Positions 30,896-41,436 are shown, counted from the first letter of the stretch. The stretch: DNA of 64,000 nt from Longimicrobiales bacterium (GCA_965198065.1 CBDAON010000004.1:544001-608000); one strand, 5' to 3'. The notes: generated by a model not told the origin, from the letters alone. Program-made: numbers and translations.

Positions 30896-31330
30896 CTAGT
30901 TGTTCGGGGCGCCGGTGTTGATCCAGTTCCTGATGTTCGTCAGGTCGATGTTGTCCAGAAAGGAGCCGCGCAGTGGCATCCGCGCTCCGACCCTCTGGCG
31001 GCCTTCCAGCTTAATCACCAGGTAGCTGTTTGTGGCATCGTTGGGCGTAACCCTGTTGAAGTTCGGCTCGGACATCGACGGGACTCCGACGAGGACGCCA
31101 TAGTTCGCGTCCCCGTTGCTTCCCAGTATCAATCCCCCCGCTGCGCTTCCGTGGCAGCTCGCGGCCCTGCAGCCCTTCCGGGTGAAGATCTCTTGGACAT
31201 CGGCGGCGAAGGACGGGTTCGACTTGATCTCGCGGGTGTCGCCCGGATCGGACGGGCTGCCGCTCCCTCCGCACGCTGCGAGGAAGGTGGCCACGACGGT
31301 CGCGGCCAGGAACGAACGAAGCAGAGGCAT
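30896..31330 (-). CDS. Lipoprotein with a cytochrome c-like domain (CX4CH)
   Basis: FLAAC lipobox; SFAADVQEIF...CRAASCH...SYLVIKL...RMP...IRNWINTGA resembles the planctomycete cytochrome c-type domain. Confidence 0.8.
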   Translation of the reverse strand: MPLLRSFLAATVVATFLAACGGSGSPSDPGDTREIKSNPSFAADVQEIFTRKGCRAASCHGSAAGGLILGSNGDANYGVLVGVPSMSEPNFNRVTPNDATNSYLVIKLEGRQRVGARMPLRGSFLDNIDLTNIRNWINTGAPNN

Positions 31331-31459
31331 GATTGCACCCTTTGGCGCGCGTCGGGGGACGAGGGGCGATCCCTGGTTCACGGTGTGTGGTGGACGAAGT
31401 ACTTACGCAGCAATACTATACCGGAATAGACCAGACTCTTCCCTAGACTTGTAGTCCCC

Positions 31460-31501
31460 CTCATAATCGAAGGGTCGCAGGGCCGAATCCTGCCCGGCCC
31501 A
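31460..31501 (+). pseudogene. Degenerate 3' half of a CAT-anticodon tRNA (Ile2-like); relic att site
   Basis: CTCATAATCG-AAGGGTC-GCAGG-GCCGAAT-CCTGC-CCGGCCCA: anticodon loop, paired T-stem, mutated T-loop, acceptor 3' strand. Confidence 0.6.
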
Positions 31502-31527
31502 TAGACTGACTCGATCGATAACGCAAC

Positions 31528-31647
31528 CCCGGCAGGATCTGCGGAGCGCAGCGGAGCTAACCCTGCCGGGCCCACTAACTGACCCGATCGACGACGTGAC
31601 CCCGGCGGATCACGTGAGCGAAGCGAGCGCCATCCTGCCGGCCCCAC
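31528..31647. repeat. Two imperfect palindromic units of about 48 bp
   Basis: CCCGGCAGGATC..GAGCGCAGCGGAGC..CCTGCCGGGCCCAC and CCCCGGCGGATC..GAGCGAAGCGAGC..CCTGCCGGCCCCAC. Confidence 0.7.
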
Positions 31648-31656
31648 CCGTCGTCA

Positions 31657-32013
31657 TCAGGGCCCGGAGGCGGACAGCTCGACGAGGAAGGCGGTCACGG
31701 CCCGTGCCTCGGACCTCGTAAGATGAGCACGACTTCGTACGTGCGCGACCAGGACCGGCCACTGCTCCGCGGTGAACTCGCTCGCGGGCCTGGCATTGTG
31801 GCACCGGTCGCACGTAGCGAGCCAGATTCGCGCCCCCATCTGCGCGATCTCCGAAGTCGCCATCGGCTGCTCCTGGACGGCGGCGCTCGCGCATCCCCCC
31901 AACAGTGGCCCTACGGAGAGAGCGGTCGCCAGGATGCCGAGGAAGCGGCGCCGGGATCGCGCGCGCGGGGGCTGGCGGGGAGCCGACCGAGGATCCATCA
32001 AGATATTGTTCAT
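31657..32013 (-). CDS. Small monoheme cytochrome c lipoprotein
   Basis: RRRFLG and LLGGC export/lipobox signals; GARIW..CDRCH; start uncertain (32037, 32013 or 31998). Confidence 0.82.
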   Translation of the reverse strand: MNNILMDPRSAPRQPPRARSRRRFLGILATALSVGPLLGGCASAAVQEQPMATSEIAQMGARIWLATCDRCHNARPASEFTAEQWPVLVAHVRSRAHLTRSEARAVTAFLVELSASGP

Positions 32014-32042
32014 GTTCGTCACGTCGTCTGGAGTCATCAGGT

Positions 32043-33197
32043 TCAGAATCCCAGGGCCCACTCGACGAAGAGGCCGTCCGGCCGATCCGCTTCCCAGTGG
32101 TACGCGACCTTCACCGGCACCGAGGGAGTCATCCAGTAGTTCAGGCCGAGGGCCAGCTGCTTCCGTCGGGGAATGAGCTCGCCCTGGCCGGCGACCGCGC
32201 GGGGGAGGTGGGACCATCGGACGACGGGCTCCCAGGGGCTCGACATCCGCCGGCTCAACTGAACGTAATAGCCGCCGTAGTCCACCTTCTCCACGGCTCC
32301 GTCCAGGAGATACTCTTGGACGAGGACCATGCCCTCTCCCTTCAGCTGGAAGAGCGGCTCCGGGCCCGACCCGGGCGCCCACACGATTCCCAGGTTGAGC
32401 GCGGAAACCGTCAGATCGCCGTCCGGGTCGTAGGCTGCCCGAAAGCCCGTGCCCTGTACGGTCAAGCCCGTTGCGGACACCGCCCGCAGCGCGAGCCCCA
32501 GCATCTTGTCCGTGTTGTTGTCCTCGTAATTCGAGCCGTAGACGAGAAGGGGGGCGTCGGCTTCGGACTCGGGGTCCCCCTCGTCCTCGGCACCGTCGTG
32601 CGCATGCCCCCCCCCGGAAGAGCCTACCGGACCCTGACTGACCCAGAGGGATGCGGAGGTGCGCCAACCCTCCAGGAGGGGGATCGTCCACGTGGCCATG
32701 GCGCCCAGATCGAAGATGATCGGGATGAGCGCGTTGGCAGCCGCTTCCCCATGGGTATCCTCGTAGAGCAGCGGCGGGGTCGGCATCTTGTTCGTCCAGT
32801 TCGTGTGCATCCACAGGCCCACAGGGAGATGGAACTTCCCCGTGACGAACTGGAGCCGCTCGAAGCCATGGTAGCGGGCTTCCACGTGCTCCAGCCCGAT
32901 TAGCGTTTCGTTTCCGTGGAGCCCGGCCTCGACCTCGGCTTCCATGAACACGTCTTCCGTGATCCAGGCGAGCGGCACGAGTGACAGGAGCCCCGTGAAA
33001 TCGCTCCGGCGCTCGTCCGCCCCGATGGTCGTGGAGTAGCCCACGGCCGCATACCCGGTCAGGATCGTCCGAACGGTCGGAGCCTCCTGGGCGAATGCGA
33101 GGAGGGGAGTGAGGACCGCCGAGGTGAAGCAAACGACAAGGGGTCGAAGCGCCCTCGATCTCGCGCTCCTCGGCCGCGGGCGACGTTTGAAGATCAT
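32043..33197 (-). CDS. Outer-membrane beta-barrel (porin-like) with a His/acidic loop
   Basis: Signal peptide ending AFA-Q, amphipathic strands, GHAHDG loop, terminal VEWALGF. Confidence 0.82.
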   Translation of the reverse strand: MIFKRRPRPRSARSRALRPLVVCFTSAVLTPLLAFAQEAPTVRTILTGYAAVGYSTTIGADERRSDFTGLLSLVPLAWITEDVFMEAEVEAGLHGNETLIGLEHVEARYHGFERLQFVTGKFHLPVGLWMHTNWTNKMPTPPLLYEDTHGEAAANALIPIIFDLGAMATWTIPLLEGWRTSASLWVSQGPVGSSGGGHAHDGAEDEGDPESEADAPLLVYGSNYEDNNTDKMLGLALRAVSATGLTVQGTGFRAAYDPDGDLTVSALNLGIVWAPGSGPEPLFQLKGEGMVLVQEYLLDGAVEKVDYGGYYVQLSRRMSSPWEPVVRWSHLPRAVAGQGELIPRRKQLALGLNYWMTPSVPVKVAYHWEADRPDGLFVEWALGF

Positions 33198-33327
33198 GTT
33201 TCGCTCCAGTCTGGATTGAGACGTTCGCTCAGTGCTCATGGGACACGGAGGTCGTGAACCTTGCCGCTTGGGGCTGTAAGCCGTCCTACGGAGTCCTACG
33301 TCGACCGGAGGCCGGCCTCGATGAGCT

Positions 33328-33762
33328 TCAGGCGGAGCGGGGAGGGGCGTTCGGAAGGTGGAGCTCGAAGGGGGCGTGACGGGGACCGATGAAGGCAGTG
33401 CTAGTGTCGATCGGTCCGGCTGTGAAGGAGAACAGAGAGGGCTCCGACTGAGCGGAGTGTCCCGAAAGGGCCCCCAGGTGATTGCCGGTGGCGACAGGGC
33501 AGTCGCCCATGCAGCCGCCGGGGGCTCCCGAGTGATCGTGCTCGTGGGTCGACGGGCCCGCGAGCGGCCCGTGGCTGGAAGCGTGATCGGAGGAGTGATC
33601 GTGAGATCCGGACGACAACGGCGCGGGCGGGGCCGGCCCCGGAACGCCGTCGTGGACCAGGCAATGCCCCACCCCGAAGGCCTGCCCCTGGGCCATCGTG
33701 AGGAACACGGCGGCAAAGAAAACAGCGGACGTGCGCCGTACGAAAGTGACTTCGCTAATCAT
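33328..33762 (-). CDS. His/Cys-rich secreted leader protein ending LPNAPP (DUF2946-like)
   Basis: Signal-like N-terminus, HCLVH, HDHSSDH..HEHDH, CMGDC, Pro-rich tail. Confidence 0.75.
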   Translation of the reverse strand: MISEVTFVRRTSAVFFAAVFLTMAQGQAFGVGHCLVHDGVPGPAPPAPLSSGSHDHSSDHASSHGPLAGPSTHEHDHSGAPGGCMGDCPVATGNHLGALSGHSAQSEPSLFSFTAGPIDTSTAFIGPRHAPFELHLPNAPPRSA

Positions 33763-33913
33763 CCCAGATCCCAAAGTCGTTCTTGCCACTCCATCGGAGG
33801 ATGGTTGATCATACTAGCGAGGTTGCGCCCGATCAACCCGAAGGGGAACCGACCGCCGACCGGTCTGGTGGTGCCAACAGACATCATCTGATATTGAACC
33901 CTCTACAACGAGG

Positions 33914-33948
33914 TCAGGTCAATAAAGTGTGTAAACGGCATTAGGCGG
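33914..33948 (+). repeat. Imperfect direct repeat, copy 1
   Basis: TCAGGTCAA-N7-TGTAAACGGCAT-NN-GGCGG; 27/35 identical to 35760-35794, counted by hand. Confidence 0.65.
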
Positions 33949-33986
33949 CGATCCTCTCGGAGACTCCGGAGTTGCACCACGGACTG

Positions 33987-34466
33987 CTATGGGCTCACGC
34001 GGCCATCCGAGGCGACGGTGAAGCCCAACCCAGAGGCCGGGGGGTCCGTGCCCGACACCGATTGCACATCAGTGAGAGGGACGTCGTTGGCGAAGACGTT
34101 CTGGGTCACTGAAGCGGTCTGATCTCGATCGCACAGATTCGGATCAGTGATGAGAACCAGGTGGCGCACGTCCGGTGGCACATCGAACGTCGCCTCCCAT
34201 CGATCGCTACCGACCGGGACCATGTTGAACGGCTGGTAGTTGAGCCAGCTTACGTGCATATGCGTGGGCGACTCGTCTCGCACGCAGGCGAGCTCCGACA
34301 ACGAAAAATCCGTACGCAGGACCGTCGACGCCAGGTACACGATCCTCACCGCGACTGCGCCTGATCCGCCTCCGCCTGGCGGAGTCGCAGCAGAGGGTTC
34401 CGACCCACCACAGCACGCCACCATCGCGGTCGCGATCGGTCCTACCAACCAAGTACGCAGCCTCAC
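33987..34466 (-). CDS. Hypothetical lipoprotein
   Basis: MVACCGG lipobox-like, Gly/Pro linker, THMH motif; probable GTG start at 34466. Confidence 0.65.
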   Translation of the reverse strand: MRLRTWLVGPIATAMVACCGGSEPSAATPPGGGGSGAVAVRIVYLASTVLRTDFSLSELACVRDESPTHMHVSWLNYQPFNMVPVGSDRWEATFDVPPDVRHLVLITDPNLCDRDQTASVTQNVFANDVPLTDVQSVSGTDPPASGLGFTVASDGRVSP

Positions 34467-34468
34467 GC

Positions 34469-34542
34469 TTGACAAATTAGCAAACACCTCCCCGAATACG
34501 GTAGAACATTGAGTACGGTAGAAGATTACACGGTAGAACATT
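34469..34542 (+). promoter_or_regulatory. Divergent intergenic region with TTGACA and three ACGGTAGAA(C/G)ATT repeats
   Basis: TTGACA at 34469-34474; repeats at 34498-34510, 34515-34527 and 34530-34542. Confidence 0.55.
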
Positions 34543-34553
34543 ACTTGGTCCGG

Positions 34554-35780
34554 ATGTCGATGAAGTTTTCTGCTGTCTGCACGCTCGGGCTGCTGGTGCC
34601 GCTTCCGTGCGCGATGCTCTTCGCGGCGGATCGGGCGGCGGCACAGGAACAGCCGCAACAAGAGCAGCTACCGCCGACCGATGGATGGCAGTGGTCGGTC
34701 GACGCAAATGTCTTCTTCGGCCTCAACTATCAGCACCGCCGGTTCATCAACATCCGCGAGGTAAAGCGCGAGGTCGAATCGCAGAACTGGTTGATGACGA
34801 TGGCATCCCGCACGGCCGGTCGAGGCACCCTGACCTTCCGTTCGACGTTCTCGTTCGAGCCGTTCACCATGCGTGCTATGGGCTCACCTCAGCTCCTCCA
34901 GACCGGCGAGACATTCAAGAACCGGCGATTGATCGACTACCAACACCCTCACGATTTGTTCATGGCCCTCGGGTCTGAATACCGCCGGCCAGTGGACGAC
35001 TGGATGGTGCGGGTCGGTGTTGACCTCGTCGGCGCCCCGTCCATTGGCCCGACTGTGTTCATGCACCGGCCCTCGGCCGCGGAAAATCCGCAGGCCACGC
35101 TCGGCCACCACAATATGGATGCGACCCACATCACGCACGGCGTCGTCAAAGCCGGGGTGGAGCGGGGGATCGTGGGGTTCGAGGTGTCCTGGTTTCAGGG
35201 GCGCGAGCCCGACGAGGATCGGATCGGGTTGGATCTAGACGCGCCGGACTCGTGGGCCGCTCGGCTGTCGTGGACGATCGGCCCGTGGTCTGCGCAGGTG
35301 TCCAGCGCGTGGCTTAACGAGCCCGAGCCACTCGAGCCGGGCGACGTGACCCGACTCACGGCGTCGGTCGGCTACACGCGCACCTCGGGGGACCGCTCGA
35401 CCGCCATCTTGGTGGCGTGGGGTCAGAACCGTGAGCTGTTCGGCGTCTTCGATGCCTACGTCGCGGAGGCAACGATTCGGCCCAACGCGAAAAACGCGTT
35501 CTACGGCCGGGCCGAGGTGGTTGACAAGAGCATCCTTGGAGGCGGGGTCCACATCCCCGGGGTCGTCCACCGGCATCCGGAGTCCCGAGTCGGTGCGTTT
35601 ACCGTCGGGTACGTGCGCGACCTCGTGGTTGGCCGGTACGGCCGGTTGGGACTCGGAGCCGATGTCACGCGCTATCGGATAGCCGAGGACCTGAAGTTCC
35701 TCTACGGGTCACCCCGCTCCTACCACGTGTTTCTTCGGTATCGGCCAGAGCGCTCGATGTCAGGTCAAATGGATATGTAA
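34554..35780 (+). CDS. His/Met-rich putative outer-membrane beta-barrel protein
   Basis: Signal peptide; QHPHDLFM, FMHRPSA, GHHNMDATHITHG, GREPDE; alternating strands. Confidence 0.75.
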   Translation: MSMKFSAVCTLGLLVPLPCAMLFAADRAAAQEQPQQEQLPPTDGWQWSVDANVFFGLNYQHRRFINIREVKREVESQNWLMTMASRTAGRGTLTFRSTFSFEPFTMRAMGSPQLLQTGETFKNRRLIDYQHPHDLFMALGSEYRRPVDDWMVRVGVDLVGAPSIGPTVFMHRPSAAENPQATLGHHNMDATHITHGVVKAGVERGIVGFEVSWFQGREPDEDRIGLDLDAPDSWAARLSWTIGPWSAQVSSAWLNEPEPLEPGDVTRLTASVGYTRTSGDRSTAILVAWGQNRELFGVFDAYVAEATIRPNAKNAFYGRAEVVDKSILGGGVHIPGVVHRHPESRVGAFTVGYVRDLVVGRYGRLGLGADVTRYRIAEDLKFLYGSPRSYHVFLRYRPERSMSGQMDM

Positions 35781-35794
35781 ACGGCATCGGGCGG
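35760..35794 (+). repeat. Imperfect direct repeat, copy 2
   Basis: Matches 33914-33948 and contains the stop codon of the upstream gene. Confidence 0.65.
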
Positions 35795-35967
35795 GGGGAC
35801 CCCTTGGCTTCTTTCAGCACGGCGGTGGCTCCTCTCGTTGCGGGCACGAGGCCCGTGGTTGATTGGTCAACCGAAAGGCGTCACCGCCTTCCGCCTGTTT
35901 ACACACCCTCTGAAGCTACCTGAACTGCCCATGAAGTATTTGTTGACAAAACCAGAACATTTTGGCA

Positions 35968-36001
35968 AGAAAATCGGCCTCCCGAGCGAACCAGAGAGGC
36001 C
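35968..36001 (-). terminator. Intrinsic terminator downstream of the tRNA
   Basis: GGCCTCTC..TTCG..GGGAGGCC followed by GATTTTCTT. Confidence 0.6.
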
Positions 36002-36023
36002 TACAACCCTTGTCCCTACTGGA

Positions 36024-36097
36024 TGCCGGAGGAGGGACTCGAACCCCCGACACGCGGATTATGATTCCGCTGCTCTAACCAGCTGAGCTACTCCGGC
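36024..36097 (-). tRNA. tRNA-Met (CAT), probably elongator; CCA not encoded
   Basis: GCCGGAGTAGCTCAGCTGGTTAGAGCAGCGGAATCATAATCCGCGTGTCGGGGGTTCGAGTCCCTCCTCCGGCA folds as a cloverleaf. Confidence 0.95.
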
Positions 36098-36133
36098 GAG
36101 GGAAGAAAACGCTACCCGCCGGCGGGGAGGGTG

Positions 36134-38578
<2,445 letters not shown>

Positions 38579-38582
<4 letters not shown>

Positions 38583-39598
38583 GGCATCCCTTTCGCGTTC
38601 AGCCCGCCTTCCACGTCGAAGTGGTCGAAGCCGGCCCGGAGCTGACGTTCTCCTTCCCCGGGCGAGGACGCGGCGAGAACGACGCCCGACCCCTCCCTCA
38701 CCCGACCCACCCGGGATAGCGGAAGATCGAATCGCGCGCGGAATTCCTCCACCCCCGAATCCAGAACGCCCTCGGGCACGGCGACGAGAAGCTCGTAGTC
38801 CTCCCCCCCGTGGAGGGCCAACTCCATCGCATCCGTGCCCGGGGGAAGGTCCGCGTGAGTCAACCCCGGATGCAGGGGGGTGGCCGCCTCGTCCAGCACG
38901 ATCGCGACCCCAGACGCCGCGGCCAGGTGGCCGGCATCTCCCGCAATCCCGTCGGACACGTCGATCCCGGCTCTCGCTCCGGCCGAGCGCAGCCAGAAGG
39001 CCTCGAAGATCCGCGGGACCGGCTCGGCGTACGCCCTCCTCGCCTCGGCCGGAACGAGGCGGCCCGCCTTCCACAGCGCCACGGCGGCGGCCGCGCCCCC
39101 GAGCGTCCCTGTCACCCAAACCTCGTCTCCCACCCGGGCGCCCGACCTCAGGAGGGGGTCCATGCTTCGACCCACCGCGACCACGTCCACGACCAGGGGG
39201 CCCGGCGAGCGCGTGAGGTCGCCCCCCAGCAGGGGGATCCCGTACCGGTTCGCGAGACGCTTGACCCCGTTCATCACCGCCTCGGCGTCCGCTCCGTCCC
39301 CGGGCACCGAAACGGAGGCGAGGAGCCCGTCGGGAGGGGCAGCCATGGCCGCAAGATCGCTCAACGCCGCGGCGGCCGCCCGGTAGCCCGCCTCCTCCGC
39401 GGAGATCCAGTCCCGGCGGAAGTGGACTCCCTCGACGGACATGTCGGTCGTGACCACGACGCCGCCGACGAGCACGGCGGCGTCGTCGCCCGGGCCGACA
39501 AGAACGCCGGGCACGTCCGGAAGATGCGACAGGATAGCCCGGATCCGGTCGAACTCGGGGCCGGGACCCAGGGGGGTCGGTCGGCCGGCGGAGCTCAC
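38579..39598 (-). CDS. thiL: Thiamine-monophosphate kinase
   Basis: GDDAA, EGVHF, SDLAAM, DVSDG, GGEDYELL. Confidence 0.95.
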
Positions 39599-41199
39599 CG
39601 GGGTGGGTCCACGTCCAGGGTCACGAACGGGTAGCCGAGGTCGCTCGGGGCCGGCTCCTCCAGGAGCGCCGTGCCCAGCGCGTCGGCCAGGTCGGTCGGG
39701 AGGAGCGTCTCCTTCCTACCGGTGACGGACGCCGACCGGCCCGTGTAGTGGAGCGCGACCCCGGCGGCCACCGAGGCCTCGAGTCCCCGCGCCATGAACG
39801 CCCCGGCGACCCCGGTGAGCACGTCCCCAACGCCGGCCCGGGCGAGATCCGAGGAGCCGGTCGCCGACACCCCGACGGGCCCCTCCCCGCTCCCCGCCAC
39901 CACGGATGGGGCGCCCTTGAGGAGAACCGTGGCCCCCCAACGGTCGGCCCCCGAACGGCACGTCTCCAGAGGGGAGGAACGAACGGCCTCGGCGCTCTCG
40001 CCCAGGCGGGCCATCTCTCCCGGGTGCGGGGTGAGCAGGCGCCGCTCCCTCGGGACGGACCCCGGGAAGCTCGAGAGCTTCCCTTGCCCAAGGAGCGTGA
40101 GAGCGTCCGCATCCAGGACCACTCCACCCAGCTCGGGAAGCGAAAGAAGTCGATCCAGCCGCTCCGCCTCCCCTCCCCCGGTTCCCATCCCGGGGCCCGC
40201 GGCGAGCGTGTCGCAGCTTCGGGCCGCCTCGAAGAGGCGCTCCTCGTCCGTTACATCCACGAAAATGGCCTCGGGCGCCGCCGCCTGGATCACCTCCCGG
40301 TTCTCGGGGAACGAGGCAACCTGGACGTAGCCGGCCCCGGCTCTCAGCGCCCCCCGGGCCGCCAGCACGGCAGCCCCCGCCATCCCCGGAGAGCCTGCAA
40401 GCAGGAGGACCCACCCCTCGGCCTTCTTGTGGGTCGGGTTTCGTCGGCGGGGCCGCCGGGCCCACGCCCACGCCGGCGTGAAGAGCCAGGCCGACGCCCA
40501 CCCCACGGGAGGCGGAGGGAAGCCGATCTCGACCGCGACCAGGCGGCCGACCAGCTCGCGCGCCGGAAAGAAGAGACACCCTAGCTTTGGGGATCCGAAC
40601 GCCACGGTCACGCGCGCCCGTACCGCATCGCCCGGCGTAGCCCCCGTCGTCGCATCGGCCCCCGACGGCACGTCCAGGGCAAGGACGGGCCGACCCGACG
40701 AGCTCATGGCCCGGATCACACGCGCGTGCTCGGCGCGCGGCGGTCCGCGGGCTCCGGTCCCGAGGAGCGCGTCCACGACCACGCCCGCGCCGCCCAGGAG
40801 CGAGTCCAGCGCCTCGTCGCCTTCCGGAGCCGGCTCGACCGGGACCGGCCATCCGTGGAGGAGCGGATCGGGTACGGGCCGCTCTCCGACCACTACGACC
40901 CTCACGTCCCGCCCGTGGGCGTGAAGGGTTCGGGCCAGGACGAGCCCATCTCCGCCGTTGTTCCCCGGCCCGGCCGCGACCGTGACCCGCCCCTCGGGAA
41001 AGGCGCGCTGGAGCACGAGGGCCGCACTCCGCCCGGCGTTCTCCATGAGAAGCGCCGAGGGAACGCCACGCTCGTCCATAGACCAGCGATCCAGCTCGGC
41101 GGATTCGGGGCCGGTCGGGAGAAAGACCTCTTCCCGTCCGAAGCAGCGGGGCAGCTCCGAGCTCGCGAGGAGCCCGGACGTGTCCCGGCCTTTCGTCAT
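39595..41199 (-). CDS. nnr: Bifunctional NAD(P)HX epimerase/dehydratase
   Basis: LMENAG, GNNGGDG, DALLGTG, DVPSG, DADAL, TPHPGE, GDVLTG. Confidence 0.93.
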   Translation of the reverse strand: MTKGRDTSGLLASSELPRCFGREEVFLPTGPESAELDRWSMDERGVPSALLMENAGRSAALVLQRAFPEGRVTVAAGPGNNGGDGLVLARTLHAHGRDVRVVVVGERPVPDPLLHGWPVPVEPAPEGDEALDSLLGGAGVVVDALLGTGARGPPRAEHARVIRAMSSSGRPVLALDVPSGADATTGATPGDAVRARVTVAFGSPKLGCLFFPARELVGRLVAVEIGFPPPPVGWASAWLFTPAWAWARRPRRRNPTHKKAEGWVLLLAGSPGMAGAAVLAARGALRAGAGYVQVASFPENREVIQAAAPEAIFVDVTDEERLFEAARSCDTLAAGPGMGTGGGEAERLDRLLSLPELGGVVLDADALTLLGQGKLSSFPGSVPRERRLLTPHPGEMARLGESAEAVRSSPLETCRSGADRWGATVLLKGAPSVVAGSGEGPVGVSATGSSDLARAGVGDVLTGVAGAFMARGLEASVAAGVALHYTGRSASVTGRKETLLPTDLADALGTALLEEPAPSDLGYPFVTLDVDPPR

Positions 41200-41232
41200 C
41201 GGGCTATGGTGGGTAGCGGCAGCAGTCCCGAT

Positions 41233-41430
41233 CTACTTGAAGCTCTGGCCGATCGTCCGACCGAAGGTGATCTCACCATTGTCGATTCGGATGTTGAACC
41301 CGCACTCCGGGTTCGAGCAGACCCACGCCTTGTAGCGGATGGTAGCGCCGTCCCGCCCGTAGTCGGAGAGGGGCAGGAGGTATCCCGTGTCACACTTCTG
41401 GCATTGGAGAAAGCGGACGTCCTGTTCCAT
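41233..41430 (-). CDS. Small putative Zn-ribbon protein
   Basis: CQKC...LLPLSDYG...YKAWVCSNPEC; in operon. Confidence 0.8.
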   Translation of the reverse strand: MEQDVRFLQCQKCDTGYLLPLSDYGRDGATIRYKAWVCSNPECGFNIRIDNGEITFGRTIGQSFK

Positions 41431-41436
41431 CGGGGG

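Larger units (their letters stand above)
23789..36061. mobile_element. tRNA-Met-integrated genomic island with heavy-metal cargo and no recognisable integrase
   Basis: 39-bp direct repeats, visibly less GC-rich codon use in parts, interruption of housekeeping synteny. Confidence 0.9.

Noticed and set aside
31528..31647. Palindromic units as CRISPR repeats or integron attC sites
   Set aside because: Only two divergent copies; no RYYYAAC/GTTRRRY ends; no cas or intI gene
34498..34542. Repeats as a mini-CRISPR array
   Set aside because: 13-bp units with 2-4 nt gaps, no spacers and no cas genes
20667..36097. Functional link between tilS and the nearby CAT tRNA
   Set aside because: The tRNA looks like elongator Met, and tilS is in its usual tilS-hpt-ftsH context
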